Assembly: GCA_002722245.1 (NCBI GenBank)
Contig: PBLA01000003.1
Coordinates: forward strand, 99,109 to 163,108
Origin: Flavobacteriales bacterium
GTDB lineage: Bacteria > Bacteroidota > Bacteroidia > Flavobacteriales_C > GCA-002722245
Length of the DNA stretch: 64,000 bases
Reading direction: 5' to 3'
Every line of letters starts with the position of its first letter. The first letter of the stretch is position 1. The position numbers and the translations under genes were made by a program. The notes under the pieces were generated by a model. It worked only from the letters and a program-made list of their open reading frames with translations. It searched no databases and was not told the DNA's origin. This document shows positions 19,908-28,311 of this stretch, piece by piece.

Positions 19908-20531
19908 ATGGAAAACATTAAGAACATCATATTAGATTTAGGAGGAGTGCTCATAAACCTTGATTATGACAAAGTAAACGATGAACTTGGAAAATTAGGT
20001 CTTGCCAATGCATTTACAAAATCAAATCAGATCGATTTATTCGACAATTATGAAGAAGGAAAAATTAGCGAAAAAACTTTTTTAAATCGCTTCAATCAAC
20101 TAGCTGCTGTTGATCATTCCCACAATAAGATTATTCAGGCATGGAATTCAATTCTTCTCGATTTCCCGGCTGATCGATTAACTATGATAAATCAACTACG
20201 CGATAAATACAAGGTTTTTCTATACAGCAATACCAATTTTACACACATGAAGGCAGTAAATAGTATTCTCCAAAGAGAGCATAGTTTAGAAAATCTTAAT
20301 GGATATTTTGACAAGGTTTATCTTTCTCATGAACTTGGTATCAGAAAGCCAAAACCACAAGGCTTTAAACATATCCTAAAAACAAATAATTTAGTTCCTA
20401 AAGAGACCTTATTTATTGATGATAGCCCACAACATATTGAGGGAGCTATGCAAGCAGGAATTTATGCGGAATGGTTAGATTTAGAAAAAGAAGATCTTAA
20501 AGATGCATTAACTCGATTATCTCTAATTTAG
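19908..20531 (+). CDS. HAD-superfamily hydrolase, subfamily IA (YihX-like)
   Basis: Motif I IILDLGGVLINLDY (YihX-type DxG variant), motif III lysine and C-terminal FIDDS motif. Confidence 0.7.
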   Translation: MENIKNIILDLGGVLINLDYDKVNDELGKLGLANAFTKSNQIDLFDNYEEGKISEKTFLNRFNQLAAVDHSHNKIIQAWNSILLDFPADRLTMINQLRDKYKVFLYSNTNFTHMKAVNSILQREHSLENLNGYFDKVYLSHELGIRKPKPQGFKHILKTNNLVPKETLFIDDSPQHIEGAMQAGIYAEWLDLEKEDLKDALTRLSLI

Positions 20532-20535
20532 TAAT

Positions 20536-21207
20536 ATGAATTCCGTAATTATAGTAGCAGGAGGTAAAGGATTAAGAATGGGAACTAAAACTCCAAAGCA
20601 GTTTTTAGTATTAAGGTCCGAACCTGTGCTTATGCATACCATTCGTGCTTTTTACAATTGGGACAACAGTTGTGAAATTATTTTAGTACTCCCTGCGAGC
20701 CAGCAGTCTTATTGGCAAATACTACTCAATGAATATGATTTTGACATCCCTGTAAAAATCACCTCCGGAGGAGAAACAAGATTTCACTCTGTAAAAAACG
20801 GTCTTCGTCATGCATCAGGAGAACTTATTGGAATTCATGACGGTGTAAGGCCTCTGGTAAGTGAGGAAACAATTAAAAACTGTTTTAATGTTGCTAAAAA
20901 GGAAGGGAATGCAATTCCATGTCTTCCGATAAATGATTCATTAAGGGTGGTGGAAAACTCACTGAATAAGCGAGCTGATCGGTCAAAATACTTTAGAGTT
21001 CAAACGCCACAAGTTTTTAAACGAGAACTCATAATGAAAGGGTTTGAGCAAGAATTTACGGATGAATTTACGGACGATGCCTCTGTTGTTGAAAAACTAG
21101 GTGAACGAATTCAACTGGTAGAGGGAAATGAGGAAAACATTAAAATAACCCGAGCCTTCGATTTAAAAATTGCAGAGATATTTTTGGAAGAACTTCATTC
21201 TGTTTAA
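20536..21207 (+). CDS. ispD: 2-C-methyl-D-erythritol 4-phosphate cytidylyltransferase IspD
   Basis: VIIVAGGKGLRMGTKTPKQFL N-terminal nucleotidyltransferase motif; 223 aa. Confidence 0.85.
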   Translation: MNSVIIVAGGKGLRMGTKTPKQFLVLRSEPVLMHTIRAFYNWDNSCEIILVLPASQQSYWQILLNEYDFDIPVKITSGGETRFHSVKNGLRHASGELIGIHDGVRPLVSEETIKNCFNVAKKEGNAIPCLPINDSLRVVENSLNKRADRSKYFRVQTPQVFKRELIMKGFEQEFTDEFTDDASVVEKLGERIQLVEGNEENIKITRAFDLKIAEIFLEELHSV

Positions 21208-21255
21208 ATGATTTCTTTCCTTTGTTTTGTCGATAAAACATTCCCGTATAAAACC

Positions 21256-21282
21256 TAAAAAGCCCCTTCTTGGGGCTTTTTT
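21256..21282. terminator. Bidirectional rho-independent terminator between convergent ispD and asd
   Basis: AAAAA-AGCCCC-TTCTT-GGGGCT-TTTTT: a GC-rich 6-bp stem flanked by A-run and T-run. Confidence 0.7.
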
Positions 21283-21303
21283 AAGTATATTATTTCGTAC
21301 GAT

Positions 21304-22317
21304 TTACGCACTTACTTTTTGCGAAATTAAATACTCAGCAATTTGAACAGCATTTAGTGCTGCTCCTTTTCTTATCTGATCCGACACACACCAAAAAGTA
21401 ATACCATTTGGATTCGCCAAATCTTCTCTAATTCTACCCACATATACATCATCCTTACCCGCTAAGTCGTAAGGCATTGGGTATCCCAAGTTTGGTAAAT
21501 CGTCCACTACAGTGATTCCTTCTGCTGCTTCACAAGCGGCTCTGAATTCAGCTGGAGTAACTGGAGATTCTGTTTCGCACCAAATCGCTTCTGAATGAGC
21601 TCTCATTACTGGAACTCTTACACAAGTTGCTGATACCTCAACATCCGAAGACATGATCTTCTTTGTTTCGTTATACATTTTCATTTCCTCTTTAGTATAT
21701 CCATTTTCTTGGAATACATCAATATGAGGAATAACATTAAAAAGTAATTGATGGGCAAAAGCCTCAACCGTTAAATCCTTATTGTCTACAAATTGTTTCA
21801 CTTGTTCTTCTAATTCCGCCATTCCTGAAGCTCCTGCTCCAGATGCTGACTGATATGATGAAACGTGAACTCTTTTTATGTGCGATATTCCTTCTAATGC
21901 TTTTAAAGCAACAACCATTTGAATGGTTGTACAGTTTGGATTCGCAATAATGTTTCTTGGTCTATCATTTGCTGCTTCAGCATTTACTTCAGGAACAACC
22001 AATGGCACATCCTGATCCATACGAAATGCGCTTGAGTTATCAATCATGATCGCACCGTGCTTTGTAATTGTATCAGCATACTCTTTTGAAATCCCACCTC
22101 CAGCAGAAACTAATGCAATATCAATATCTTGAAAGTCATCGTTGTGTTTAAGTTCCTTTACAACTAATGTTTTTCCATTGTAGTTATATTCTTTGCCAGC
22201 ACTTCTAGCTGATCCAAATAAAACTAATTCGTCCATACCTTGTAAAGGTCTTTCAGAAAGAATGCTCAAGAACTCTTGTCCTACTGCACCGCTTGCTCCT
22301 ACGATTGCTACTTTCAT
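21304..22317 (-). CDS. asd: Aspartate-semialdehyde dehydrogenase
   Basis: [16 protein letters not shown] Rossmann N-terminus, catalytic Cys region ([10 protein letters not shown]), 337 aa. Confidence 0.9.
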   Translation of the reverse strand: MKVAIVGASGAVGQEFLSILSERPLQGMDELVLFGSARSAGKEYNYNGKTLVVKELKHNDDFQDIDIALVSAGGGISKEYADTITKHGAIMIDNSSAFRMDQDVPLVVPEVNAEAANDRPRNIIANPNCTTIQMVVALKALEGISHIKRVHVSSYQSASGAGASGMAELEEQVKQFVDNKDLTVEAFAHQLLFNVIPHIDVFQENGYTKEEMKMYNETKKIMSSDVEVSATCVRVPVMRAHSEAIWCETESPVTPAEFRAACEAAEGITVVDDLPNLGYPMPYDLAGKDDVYVGRIREDLANPNGITFWCVSDQIRKGAALNAVQIAEYLISQKVSA

Positions 22318-22466
22318 AACTTAAAAAATAAAATTTGGAGGGCAAAAATAGTTCTTTTTATTCTGATTCACATGGATTTAACCAAGTTTTCGTTTTTTAG
22401 GAATGACTTGTTAGAAATTAAATGAAACTCCATCATAATTTTTTAATTCAAAATATTTTGGTGCTT

Positions 22467-24068
22467 ATGCGATTTATACAGCCAAAAATTCGTTTTAATC
22501 AACTTCCATGGAAGATATTGCCTTTGCTCATTTTGTTATTCTCCGACTCTTTAAACGGACAGACGATTAATCAATTTGATGTCCTTATCACTGAAGTCAT
22601 GTTTGACCCTATACCAGAGGTTGGTTTGCCAAATGATGAATACATTGAAATTTTTAATAACTCTAATCGTTCCATTTCGTTATCTGAACTTCAAATTTGT
22701 GTTGGAAAAAAACAAATTACTCCACAAGCCTATGACCTGCCTCCTGATTCGTTCTATGTCTTCTGGGACCCCATTATTCCGGCACTAAAAAATAGTGGAG
22801 ATTCAATTCGGATACTTCACAAAAACTCGTTGATTCACCGATTGGATTACAAGCCATCTATGCATTTATCAACATTTAAGTCTAACGGGGGCTGGAGTAT
22901 CGAACTGGTTGATTTTACAAAACCTTGTTTAACGAGCGGTAATTGGTTATCCAGTGAACATGATTCTGGTGGCACTCCTGGATTTACGAATAGTATGGCC
23001 TTTGAACTAAGTGTTCCTCAAGTAAAAGTAGACTCATATTTTCCTATTTCCGACACCACGCTTCTCGTTAATTTTAATGTCCCACTAACCCCATATGCAT
23101 CTGATAACATTTACCCTATTGATAAACTGGATTCCTCCTCGCTTGACTCCCTGTCAATTCATTCCATTAAAACCTGTTTCAAAAGCAACTTTAACCCTCA
23201 AACGCTTATTTATGGCCTTCCTCATATTCCCGATTCTGGAGATTTAGTTATTAATGAAATTCTATTCAATCCAGACGAATATGGTCATGACTTTATAGAA
23301 GTCTACAATACCTCTGAACATTCTTTTGACCTATCAAAATTATATTTTTCATCCAAAGATGTGAATGGTGCACTTGAAAAACCATTTGTACTTTCCACAT
23401 CTCCTCGATTAATATTACCAAGATCCTATCAGGTCTTCTGCAAAAACATAAGCTGGTTATCGGCTGTTTTTCCTCATTCTAAAAACCATATTCAAACCAA
23501 TCTACCTGCAATGAATAATGCAGGAGGCTCAGTCCTTATCGTAAATCAATCAGGTAAAGTGATTGATGAATTAAACTACAGAGAAGACTGGCACTATAAG
23601 GAACTTATTGATAATGAAAATGTTAGTTTGGAAAAAATTATTCCTACGCATTCTAACGTGCCTTCGAACTGGACATCCTGCTCATCAACAGAAAATTACG
23701 CAACCCCCGGATATGAAAACACAAATCTCCAAGCTGCATTAAAACCCGTTTCCAATTTTAACCTCGCATATGAGATTATAACACCAAATGGTGACGGATA
23801 CCAAGATCAACTGATTTTACACTATCGTTTTAACACAACTGGATGGACGGGACAAATTGACGTGCTTAATTATTCAGGGGTAACCATTCACTCACTTACG
23901 CCAAACACGCTATTTGGTCAAAATGGAAGCATCTCATGGGATGGTTTCTTTGATGATCAAACTAAAATTCCACCCGGTATCTATGCACTTTGGATCAATG
24001 CTTATCATTATCAAAATCAAGAATCTAAAAGAAAGAAAATCGTTTTTTACATTAATGGAACATTATAA
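22467..24068 (+). CDS. Lamin-tail-domain (LTD) protein with T9SS C-terminal sorting domain (type-B/CHU_C-like)
   Basis: Two LTD-like segments (DVLITEVMFDP...DEYIEIFN and LVINEILFNPDEYGHDFIEVYNTS). C-terminus ITPNGDGYQDQL...SWDG...GIYALWI resembles the type-B/CHU_C sorting domain. Start set at the internal MRFIQPK, which gives a signal peptide. Confidence 0.6.
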   Translation: MRFIQPKIRFNQLPWKILPLLILLFSDSLNGQTINQFDVLITEVMFDPIPEVGLPNDEYIEIFNNSNRSISLSELQICVGKKQITPQAYDLPPDSFYVFWDPIIPALKNSGDSIRILHKNSLIHRLDYKPSMHLSTFKSNGGWSIELVDFTKPCLTSGNWLSSEHDSGGTPGFTNSMAFELSVPQVKVDSYFPISDTTLLVNFNVPLTPYASDNIYPIDKLDSSSLDSLSIHSIKTCFKSNFNPQTLIYGLPHIPDSGDLVINEILFNPDEYGHDFIEVYNTSEHSFDLSKLYFSSKDVNGALEKPFVLSTSPRLILPRSYQVFCKNISWLSAVFPHSKNHIQTNLPAMNNAGGSVLIVNQSGKVIDELNYREDWHYKELIDNENVSLEKIIPTHSNVPSNWTSCSSTENYATPGYENTNLQAALKPVSNFNLAYEIITPNGDGYQDQLILHYRFNTTGWTGQIDVLNYSGVTIHSLTPNTLFGQNGSISWDGFFDDQTKIPPGIYALWINAYHYQNQESKRKKIVFYINGTL

Positions 24069-24248
24069 GTTTAAAGAACAGATATCATTTAAACTGATTA
24101 TTCGATCATTTCAGAGTTCTTTTCAATCAGTTGGTCAGTAATTTATTCAAAAACTCTAAATTCTTCAATAACATTGTTGCAGGTAATAAGGTAGTTTCTT
24201 ATAGTTAAGGGTTTTTAAAGGTCAAGTTTTACTTGGCCTTTATTCGTT

Positions 24249-25295
24249 TTAAGACGCCAAATAATAAGGATTCAGCGTAACGTTTGTTTTTAACTCTTCT
24301 GTTATTTTTTGTCCATTTTTAAGATTAGCTCTAAACATTAAAAACCATTGAATCTCAACGTTATCTTGCTCAAATGAACCAGGTGCATCAGTTAAGTTAA
24401 TTTGTGTTTTAAATGTATTTTTCTGCTGAACATCCCTTATTCTTCGGTATTTGGTTCGCCCTATTACTTTGTCATATACAACCCTATCGCTCCCTCTTCC
24501 ATCTGTCACCCACTCCCTTACTTCATAGTAGCAATCTAAAGAAGATATCTTACTCCAGTTTTTTTTGAGTTTTATTTTTACTTCTTGCTGATTATTTTCA
24601 ATTGATTGAGAAGAAATGTCAATTGTACCAAACGTTTTTATATCCCATTTCATGTAGGAACTGTACCCAAAGATTCCAAAAGAGAAAAAGCCAAAAACAT
24701 AAACAAAAATAGAACCCAGTAATAACCCAAAGTTCCACATTAAATAACCTATTCCAAACATCACAAGCGGGATTAATAATAACCACCAACTTAAAGATGC
24801 TTTTATTGTCTTTTTAATCGAGCTAGGAACATAGGTATACGTTTTTGGAAAAACCTTGAACCTTAATTTTCTGTCAAATTCTTGCTCGGGACTAAAGACT
24901 TTACTAACTGAAAGATTCTTTAAATACTGTTTTCTAATAAAGCTTTTAGATTTTGAAGTCAAGTCTGCATCTGTTTCTACATACCAAACAAACTGTACAT
25001 ATTTACCTTGGTAGCTTATCATATCCGAAGGGCAGAAATCAAATTCATACTCTAAAATATCACCTGCCATCCATGAATCTTTATCACTCAGCTTTTCCAG
25101 ATGAACAATCATAGGAGAGTAGTTTACAACTCCCCTAACCTCTACACATACCTTTGCATTCAGATAATTAATATCAAAATCATGTAAAATTTCTAAATAC
25201 AGTTTACACTTAACATTTGAACCATACTTATACTTATTATCAGCAGATGATAATGTTGCTTTTAAATTGATGAATTTCCCCTCTTTTTTTCCCAT
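24249..25295 (-). CDS. Hypothetical membrane protein: N-terminal soluble domain, central TM hairpin, C-terminal soluble domain
   Basis: 348 aa. Two adjacent hydrophobic helices (WWLLLIPLVMFGIGYLMWNFGLLLGSIFVYVFGFFSFGIFGY) flanked by charged soluble regions; no family recognised. Its start ATG overlaps the stop of the upstream P-loop gene. Confidence 0.5.
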   Translation of the reverse strand: MGKKEGKFINLKATLSSADNKYKYGSNVKCKLYLEILHDFDINYLNAKVCVEVRGVVNYSPMIVHLEKLSDKDSWMAGDILEYEFDFCPSDMISYQGKYVQFVWYVETDADLTSKSKSFIRKQYLKNLSVSKVFSPEQEFDRKLRFKVFPKTYTYVPSSIKKTIKASLSWWLLLIPLVMFGIGYLMWNFGLLLGSIFVYVFGFFSFGIFGYSSYMKWDIKTFGTIDISSQSIENNQQEVKIKLKKNWSKISSLDCYYEVREWVTDGRGSDRVVYDKVIGRTKYRRIRDVQQKNTFKTQINLTDAPGSFEQDNVEIQWFLMFRANLKNGQKITEELKTNVTLNPYYLAS

Positions 25296-25882
25296 TATAA
25301 TCTGAAGTATAGTTCATTTATTACACCTCGAGGATTACCTGAGTGTTTTTCACAAATTTTCATAATATTCTCATCGGAAAAAGACTCACCAAAATCACCT
25401 GTATTAAAATTCAATAAAGAAAGTTTACTATTTACTATCTCTTTTAATTCTAGAAAATTTTGTCGTCCTAGTTTTATTTTCGTTTTTGAACCTTTAAAAA
25501 TTTGTTCTAAACCATAAGTATCTATATGTGCAGAATAAATAATTATTTTACCTGATGTCCACAATTTCATTCTTTGATTTAACTTCAGGTTATACACACG
25601 ATCAATAATTAAAATTTTATAGTTTAAATTATGGGGTTCTACAACATCTCCTTTTTGGAAAGAAATATATTTACTATTATTCAGTTGAAAACTTAAAACT
25701 TGTAAAAGGGAAGTCTTCCCAACACCTTTTTTACCTTCAATACAATAAAATTGCTTTGTGTTTTTTCTAATTCCCGCTAAAAATTTAATCGTTTCCTCAT
25801 TCCAATGATAAGTCGCCGAAACTTCCTTGGGGGTTAAGTTTCCAAGAGGATTATATTCCAAATTAAATTTTCCCAATTTCAC
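25295..25882 (-). CDS. Minimal P-loop NTPase (Arch_ATPase/AAA-like), 195 aa
   Basis: Walker A GKKGVGKTS preceded by an NPxxxxTPKE-type N-terminal segment. Walker B-like YKILIIDR. Confidence 0.55.
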   Translation of the reverse strand: MKLGKFNLEYNPLGNLTPKEVSATYHWNEETIKFLAGIRKNTKQFYCIEGKKGVGKTSLLQVLSFQLNNSKYISFQKGDVVEPHNLNYKILIIDRVYNLKLNQRMKLWTSGKIIIYSAHIDTYGLEQIFKGSKTKIKLGRQNFLELKEIVNSKLSLLNFNTGDFGESFSDENIMKICEKHSGNPRGVINELYFRL

Positions 25883-25937
25883 TCTAAAATACGCAAAAAA
25901 ACAAAAATTAAACCCAAAATAAATTATTTACAAAACA

Positions 25938-27461
25938 CTAAGCTTTCAAATCCAAAATCTTTTCGGGATTCTCTTTGAGTCTTTTTAGGGTTTCATTCTT
26001 CCCTATTATTTCAGCAATCTCAAACAAAGATGGTCCTCCCCCTTTACCAGTAATGGATAGTCTTAGTGCTATCATTGCAATTCCAAAGCCTAATTCTTTT
26101 TCCTCTAAATATTTCTTGAAACTGGCCTCTAAATTATCCGCTCTAAAATCCACAATTTTATCAAAAACGGCAGCGATATCGGTAACAATTTCGGCCGAAT
26201 TATCCTTCCATTTTTTCTTTACTGTTTTGGGATCGAAAACAGTAGGTGATTCAAAAAAATATTGAGCAGATGAGTAGATATCCTTTACAAAAACAATCCT
26301 TTCCTTCATTTGCCTAACTACGCTCGATAAATTTATAGACGTTTCTATTCCACGCTTTGCTAAATCGGCACGAAGATCATGAACAATTTCATCATCAGAT
26401 TTTCTTACCAAATATTGTTGGTTATACCATTTTGCTTTATCGGGATCAAATTTAGCACCTGATTTATTTACTTTTTGAATATCAAATGTTTGAATCAGTT
26501 CACTCAAACTAAACATCTCTTGCTCAGTCCCGGGGTTCCAACCTAAAAATGCCATGATGTTCAGAAAAGCCTCTGGATAATAACCTTCCTCTCTATATCC
26601 TTTAGAAATATCACCCGTTTGTTGATCTTTCCATTCTAATGGAAAAACAGGAAACCCTCCTGCATCACCATCCCTTTTGCTTAACTTTCCTTTTCCCGTT
26701 GGCTTTAACAAAAGGGGTAAATGAGCAAATTTTGGGGAGTTCCAACCAAATGCCTCGTAAATAGCAACATGCAGTGGTGCTGATGGCAACCACTCTTCTC
26801 CTCTAATTACATGACTGATTTCCATTAAATGGTCATCAACAATGTTCGCTAAATGATAAGTAGGCATTCCATCACTTTTGAAAATGATTTTATCATCTAA
26901 TTCCGATGAATTAAAACGCACTTCTCCACGTACCATATCATCCACCACAATGATATTATCTGGTTCTATCTTAAAACGCACGGTATACGGTACATCTTTA
27001 TTTAGTAAATTTTGAACTTCATCATCAGAAAGTACAAGTGAATTTCGCATGGAATCGCGTGTAGAAAAATCGTATTTAAAATTCTTCTTTTCTTTTTCAA
27101 ACGCTACTCGTTTAACGTGTAATTCATCTGAGGTGTCAAATGCGTAATACGCTTTACCATCATCGATCAATTGTTGTGAATATTTTAAATAAATATCCTT
27201 TCTTTCTGATTGTTTGTAAGGACCAAAAGGCCCTCCCTTGTGAACGCCTTCATCAAAATCAAATCCACACCATTTTATACTTTCAATAATATATTGTTCT
27301 GCCCCTTCTACAAACCTTTTTTCATCAGTATCTTCAATTCTTAATACCACATCTCCTCCTAATTTCTTCGCAAATAAATAATTATACAAAGCTGTGCGGA
27401 TTCCTCCAACATGTTGAGGACCTGTTGGGCTTGGTGCATATCGAACTCTAACTTTTGACAT
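25938..27461 (-). CDS. gltX: Glutamate--tRNA ligase
   Basis: Class I HIGH region (RYAPSPTGPQHVGGIRTALYNY) and KMSKS-like KLSKR; 507 aa. Confidence 0.9.
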   Translation of the reverse strand: MSKVRVRYAPSPTGPQHVGGIRTALYNYLFAKKLGGDVVLRIEDTDEKRFVEGAEQYIIESIKWCGFDFDEGVHKGGPFGPYKQSERKDIYLKYSQQLIDDGKAYYAFDTSDELHVKRVAFEKEKKNFKYDFSTRDSMRNSLVLSDDEVQNLLNKDVPYTVRFKIEPDNIIVVDDMVRGEVRFNSSELDDKIIFKSDGMPTYHLANIVDDHLMEISHVIRGEEWLPSAPLHVAIYEAFGWNSPKFAHLPLLLKPTGKGKLSKRDGDAGGFPVFPLEWKDQQTGDISKGYREEGYYPEAFLNIMAFLGWNPGTEQEMFSLSELIQTFDIQKVNKSGAKFDPDKAKWYNQQYLVRKSDDEIVHDLRADLAKRGIETSINLSSVVRQMKERIVFVKDIYSSAQYFFESPTVFDPKTVKKKWKDNSAEIVTDIAAVFDKIVDFRADNLEASFKKYLEEKELGFGIAMIALRLSITGKGGGPSLFEIAEIIGKNETLKRLKENPEKILDLKA

Positions 27462-27603
27462 TTTAAACTCTTTTGAGCTACAAATATAATCTTAAACCTT
27501 AAAATGCCTGTAGCGTATGATTGTTTACTTAAATTTGTTTTTGATTAGCTTCATTATGCACAACATTTTATAAGTTAAAACGTTCTATCTCTTTTATTCG
27601 ATT

Positions 27604-28311
27604 ATGAAAAAATATTTAGTGGCTTTGTTCCTTTTTCAGTTTGCACTGTGTGGATTTTGTCAATATGATTTTGACAATACAGATGACTCTGATTACAACG
27701 ATGATTCCGATTTTGTGGATGATTTTGAAATCACCTACGATTCTAGCTATTCTGACCAATTAAATCAAGCTAATGAACTTAAGGGTTATGCTTTTGAAAT
27801 TTTAGGAACATCCTCATTTAATATACACCCTGATGGCATTTTTCCGTTTGTTGGATTAGGTCTTAATGTCCGTTACAATTATTATACACCAACGAACTTT
27901 GTGAGTCTATCCATTGGATCACCATTAAATATAGGTTTACAAATTTATTCAACTTCTTTTTCAGAACCTGAAACATGGTACTTTAACGATATTCCGCTGG
28001 AACTCTGTTTAAATTTAGGTGCAAGAGCAACAAAAGATGCTGATTATCTATTTGGAGCTTTTTTTGGCGGTGGTTTCAACTACAATTACTCATACATGAA
28101 GAATCCTGTTGGAAATGAGTTAAGTGCCCACACAGCTGGACCGCATATTTCATTTGGTATTCGATATAAATATTGGGGAAGACCTGTTGGTGTTAGAGTA
28201 AGTTACATGTGGGGTGTATTAAATAATTTTAAAGAAGATCCCTTTATTATTTATGAAAATTCTACCGCTCCTAAAATTTTAAATTTAAGTTTTTCTTACA
28301 GTGTTAATTAA
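27604..28311 (+). CDS. Hypothetical secreted protein (acidic N-terminal stretch, beta-rich; possible outer-membrane protein)
   Basis: Signal peptide MKKYLVALFLFQFALCGFC, D-rich N-terminus, Gly/aromatic-rich beta-like body. Its stop abuts the TTG start of the next gene. Confidence 0.4.
   Translation: MKKYLVALFLFQFALCGFCQYDFDNTDDSDYNDDSDFVDDFEITYDSSYSDQLNQANELKGYAFEILGTSSFNIHPDGIFPFVGLGLNVRYNYYTPTNFVSLSIGSPLNIGLQIYSTSFSEPETWYFNDIPLELCLNLGARATKDADYLFGAFFGGGFNYNYSYMKNPVGNELSAHTAGPHISFGIRYKYWGRPVGVRVSYMWGVLNNFKEDPFIIYENSTAPKILNLSFSYSVN

Noticed and set aside
19930-19960. HAD hydrolase motif I reads DLGG rather than the canonical DxD
   Set aside because: The DxG variant is characteristic of the YihX-like subgroup (FDLGNV), so it is not evidence of inactivation.
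24195-24235. Imperfect hairpin AAAGGTCAAG-TTTTA-CTTGGCCTTT between the LTD gene and the two-gene island
   Set aside because: One mismatch in the stem and no clear T-run on either strand. It could be a weak bidirectional terminator, but the support is too thin to call.
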